The notes under the pieces were generated by a model. It saw nothing but the letters and a program-made list of their open reading frames with translations. It did no database searches and had not been told where the DNA came from. Positions 63,955 to 64,000 of a DNA stretch of 64,000 nt are shown piece after piece. Made by a program: the position numbers and the translations under genes. How positions within the stretch are numbered: the stretch's first letter is position 1; each line of letters begins with the position of its first letter. The DNA comes from Octopus vulgaris (Eukaryota): NCBI GenBank assembly GCA_951406725.2, contig OX597843.1, positions 13,640,001 to 13,704,000 of the forward strand, read 5' to 3'.

Positions 63955-64000
63955 CCCAGTCGGTCCTCATCGTAGACATACAGGTTCAAATCATAGAAGT
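63955..64000 (-). CDS. RASAL1: RasGAP gene exon (partial), C2A: FYDLNLYVYDEDRLG
   Basis: Open to the window edge; donor GTGAGT at 63954; phase 2 matches next exon. Confidence 0.88.

Overview
AT-rich, microsatellite-dense animal genomic DNA. The repeat landscape suggests an octopus-like cephalopod (inference, not verified). One host gene spans almost the whole window on the minus strand: a GAP1-family Ras GTPase-activating protein closest to RASAL1/RASA4 (C2A-C2B-RasGAP-PH-BTK). I reconstructed it by hand as 18 GT-AG exons (64000 down to the stop at 4670) with consistent phases, about 758 aa; the N-terminus lies beyond the right edge. The introns hold tRNA-derived SINEs, RTE, CR1/L2 and R4/Dong LINE fragments, decayed Tc1/mariner, hAT and Merlin transposases, MITEs and non-autonomous Helitrons. 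Least-explained structure: (i) a 9.9-kb intronic array of a 107-bp hairpin-forming unit with a ~3.6-kb higher-order duplication; (ii) about ten minimal hammerhead-ribozyme-like motifs of the Penelope type, several inside or forming long foldbacks; (iii) a compact, highly structured segment with two cUUCGg tetraloops at ~32.3-32.5 kb; (iv) a SINE whose body occurs as 1, 2 or 4 tandem copies inside one target-site duplication. Most ORFs in the supplied track are microsatellite or SINE artefacts.
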